Positions 62,700-64,000 of a DNA stretch of 64,000 nucleotides are shown here, piece after piece. Location of the stretch: positions 22,818,001-22,882,000 of the forward strand of contig NC_058369.1 in the NCBI RefSeq assembly GCF_018350175.1, in the 5' to 3' direction. How positions within the stretch are numbered: the stretch's first letter is position 1; each line of letters opens with the position of its first letter. The stretch comes from Felis catus. Its lineage: Eukaryota. The translations under genes were made by a program, and so were the position numbers. A model generated the notes under the pieces. That model saw nothing but the letters and a program-made list of their open reading frames with translations, ran no database searches and was not told the DNA's origin.

Positions 62700-63000
62700 C
62701 ATCCAAGGGCCATTCATTGCCTGGGATCTCTCCTCTGCCTGGGGTGCTTCCCTCCAGGTGCCCACACAACCTGTTCCTCCTGTCTGTCAGTCTTTGCGTG
62801 AGTGTCACCACAGCACTGAGACCTTTCCTGAACACCGTATATAAACACACAGCCCTTCTGCTACTGCTCTCCCCCTTGCCCAGTTTTGCTATTTTCTGTA
62901 GCAAGTCTGGTTACCTGACAAACTATAGGTTTACTTACTTTTTGTTGACTTCACGTCTCCTTCAACTTAAATGTAGGCTGCGTAAGGGCAGGGTCTATCT
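62700..63000 (+). mobile_element. L2 3' region
   Basis: cctctgcctggggtgcttcc...gagacctttcctgaacacc...aaatgtaggctgcgtaagggcaggg. Confidence 0.7.
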
Positions 63001-63301
63001 TCGAACTTTAAATAATTAAAATATTTTTAGGGCAGTTTTCTCTATAGTCATATAAAAAAGTCCTGTGCAGCTCCTTGCAGTAAGGTTTTCTAAGAATATT
63101 TTATGACATCGGGAATATTTATATGGCGCTATCATATCTGTGCAAAAGCAGCCACAGACAGTAGAGAAGACTAAGAGAGATAGTGTGACCAGAACAGGAT
63201 CCATGCATGTAGGGACCGCCCGCAACCTGTGCCCACATCTGTCTGAGTTCACAGCCTTATGCCCTAAGCCACAAGTAATGCCTTTTGACTTTCTCTTTCA
63301 G

Positions 63302-63464
63302 TATGAATACTTCAATGCTGTGCTGATAAACGAAAGGGACAAAGATGGGAATTTTTTGGAGCTGGGGAAGGAATTCATCTTAGCCCCAAATGACCATTTT
63401 AATAATTTGCCTGTGAACATCAGTCTGAGTGACGTCCAGGTGCCAACGAACATGTACAACAAAG
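63302..63464 (+). CDS. CACNA2D3: Internal coding exon of voltage-dependent calcium channel subunit alpha2/delta-3 (N-terminal region before the VWA domain); 163 bp, phase 0 in and phase 1 out
   Basis: Translates to YEYFNAVLINERDKDGNFLELGKEFILAPNDHFNNLPVNISLSDVQVPTNMYNK plus 1 nt, recognised as alpha2delta-3. Acceptor cttttgactttctctttcag (AG at 63300-63301) and donor AAAG|gtaagg (63465). Contains the N-I-S glycosylation sequon. Confidence 0.96.
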
Positions 63465-63681
63465 GTAAGGCTCACCGCTGCGGCTCCTTTTAGAGGGTGA
63501 AGGGCAGGGCTTGTGAGGGACAACCCCGGCTGGTTTGGGTATTGGGTTTTATGAAAAACACAACTACAAGCTGGCCGTGTCAGCAGGAGCTGGATAGGTG
63601 AGGTGTGCATGCCTGTTGTGCCTGGAGATGGCTCACTGTTTCCCCAGCTGGTGTGTGCATCGAGCAGTCTAACGTGGAATC

Positions 63682-63902
63682 CAGGGGCTGGCAAACCTTT
63701 CCTGTAAAGGGCCAGATAGTAACTAACTTAGGCTTTGTGAGCCATAGAGTCTCTGTTGCAACTACCCAGCTCTGCAGTTCTGGCACCAAAGCGGCTGTAG
63801 ACACGACATAAATCGGCGGATATGGCCGTGTTCCAGTCAGACTTTTTATCTACAAAAACAGATGGCTGGGTTTGACCTGCAGGCTGTAGTTCACTGACCC
63901 CA
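63682..63902 (-). mobile_element. MER58A hAT-Charlie MITE
   Basis: caggggctggcaaacctttcctgtaaagggccagatagtaa...gctgtagttcactgacccc. Confidence 0.9.
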
Positions 63903-64000
63903 GGTGGAGTCTTTCTCTCTTCTCTTCCATTTCTTATAATGCTTTAGTGGATCAGAAGCCCCTGGGGTTGCGACAGGATCAGCTGTGGTCTTTGCCTAGA

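Noticed and set aside
63140..63493. 117-aa ORF as a standalone gene
   Set aside because: Only 63302-63464 is alpha2delta-3-like and bounded by splice sites. The rest is open intronic frame.

Overview
This is mammalian genomic DNA from a feliform carnivore, most likely a cat. The evidence is 13 tRNA-derived CAN-SINE (SINEC_Fc-type) copies and a carnivore-type L1. Almost the whole window lies in one large + strand intron of CACNA2D3 (voltage-gated Ca2+ channel alpha2delta-3). The only coding sequence I can support is a 163-bp internal exon at 63302-63464 (YEYFNAVLINERDKDGNF...VPTNMYNK), which from memory corresponds to human exon 5. The rest is a palimpsest of repeats: CAN-SINEs, young and old L1, MaLR/ERVL LTRs including a two-LTR MLT1C provirus, hAT and mariner MITEs, L2, MIR and microsatellites. 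Repeat-poor AT-rich blocks may be regulatory. I found no new multi-gene system. The best speculative leads are a 16-nt poison microexon with an SRRM4-type acceptor (7948-7963), a possible recursive splice site (29920/29921), two CTCF-like motifs, nested transposon stacks, and a templated-insertion scar at an L1 deletion. Repeat subfamily names come from recalled consensus sequences, not a database search. Boundaries of old repeats are approximate.
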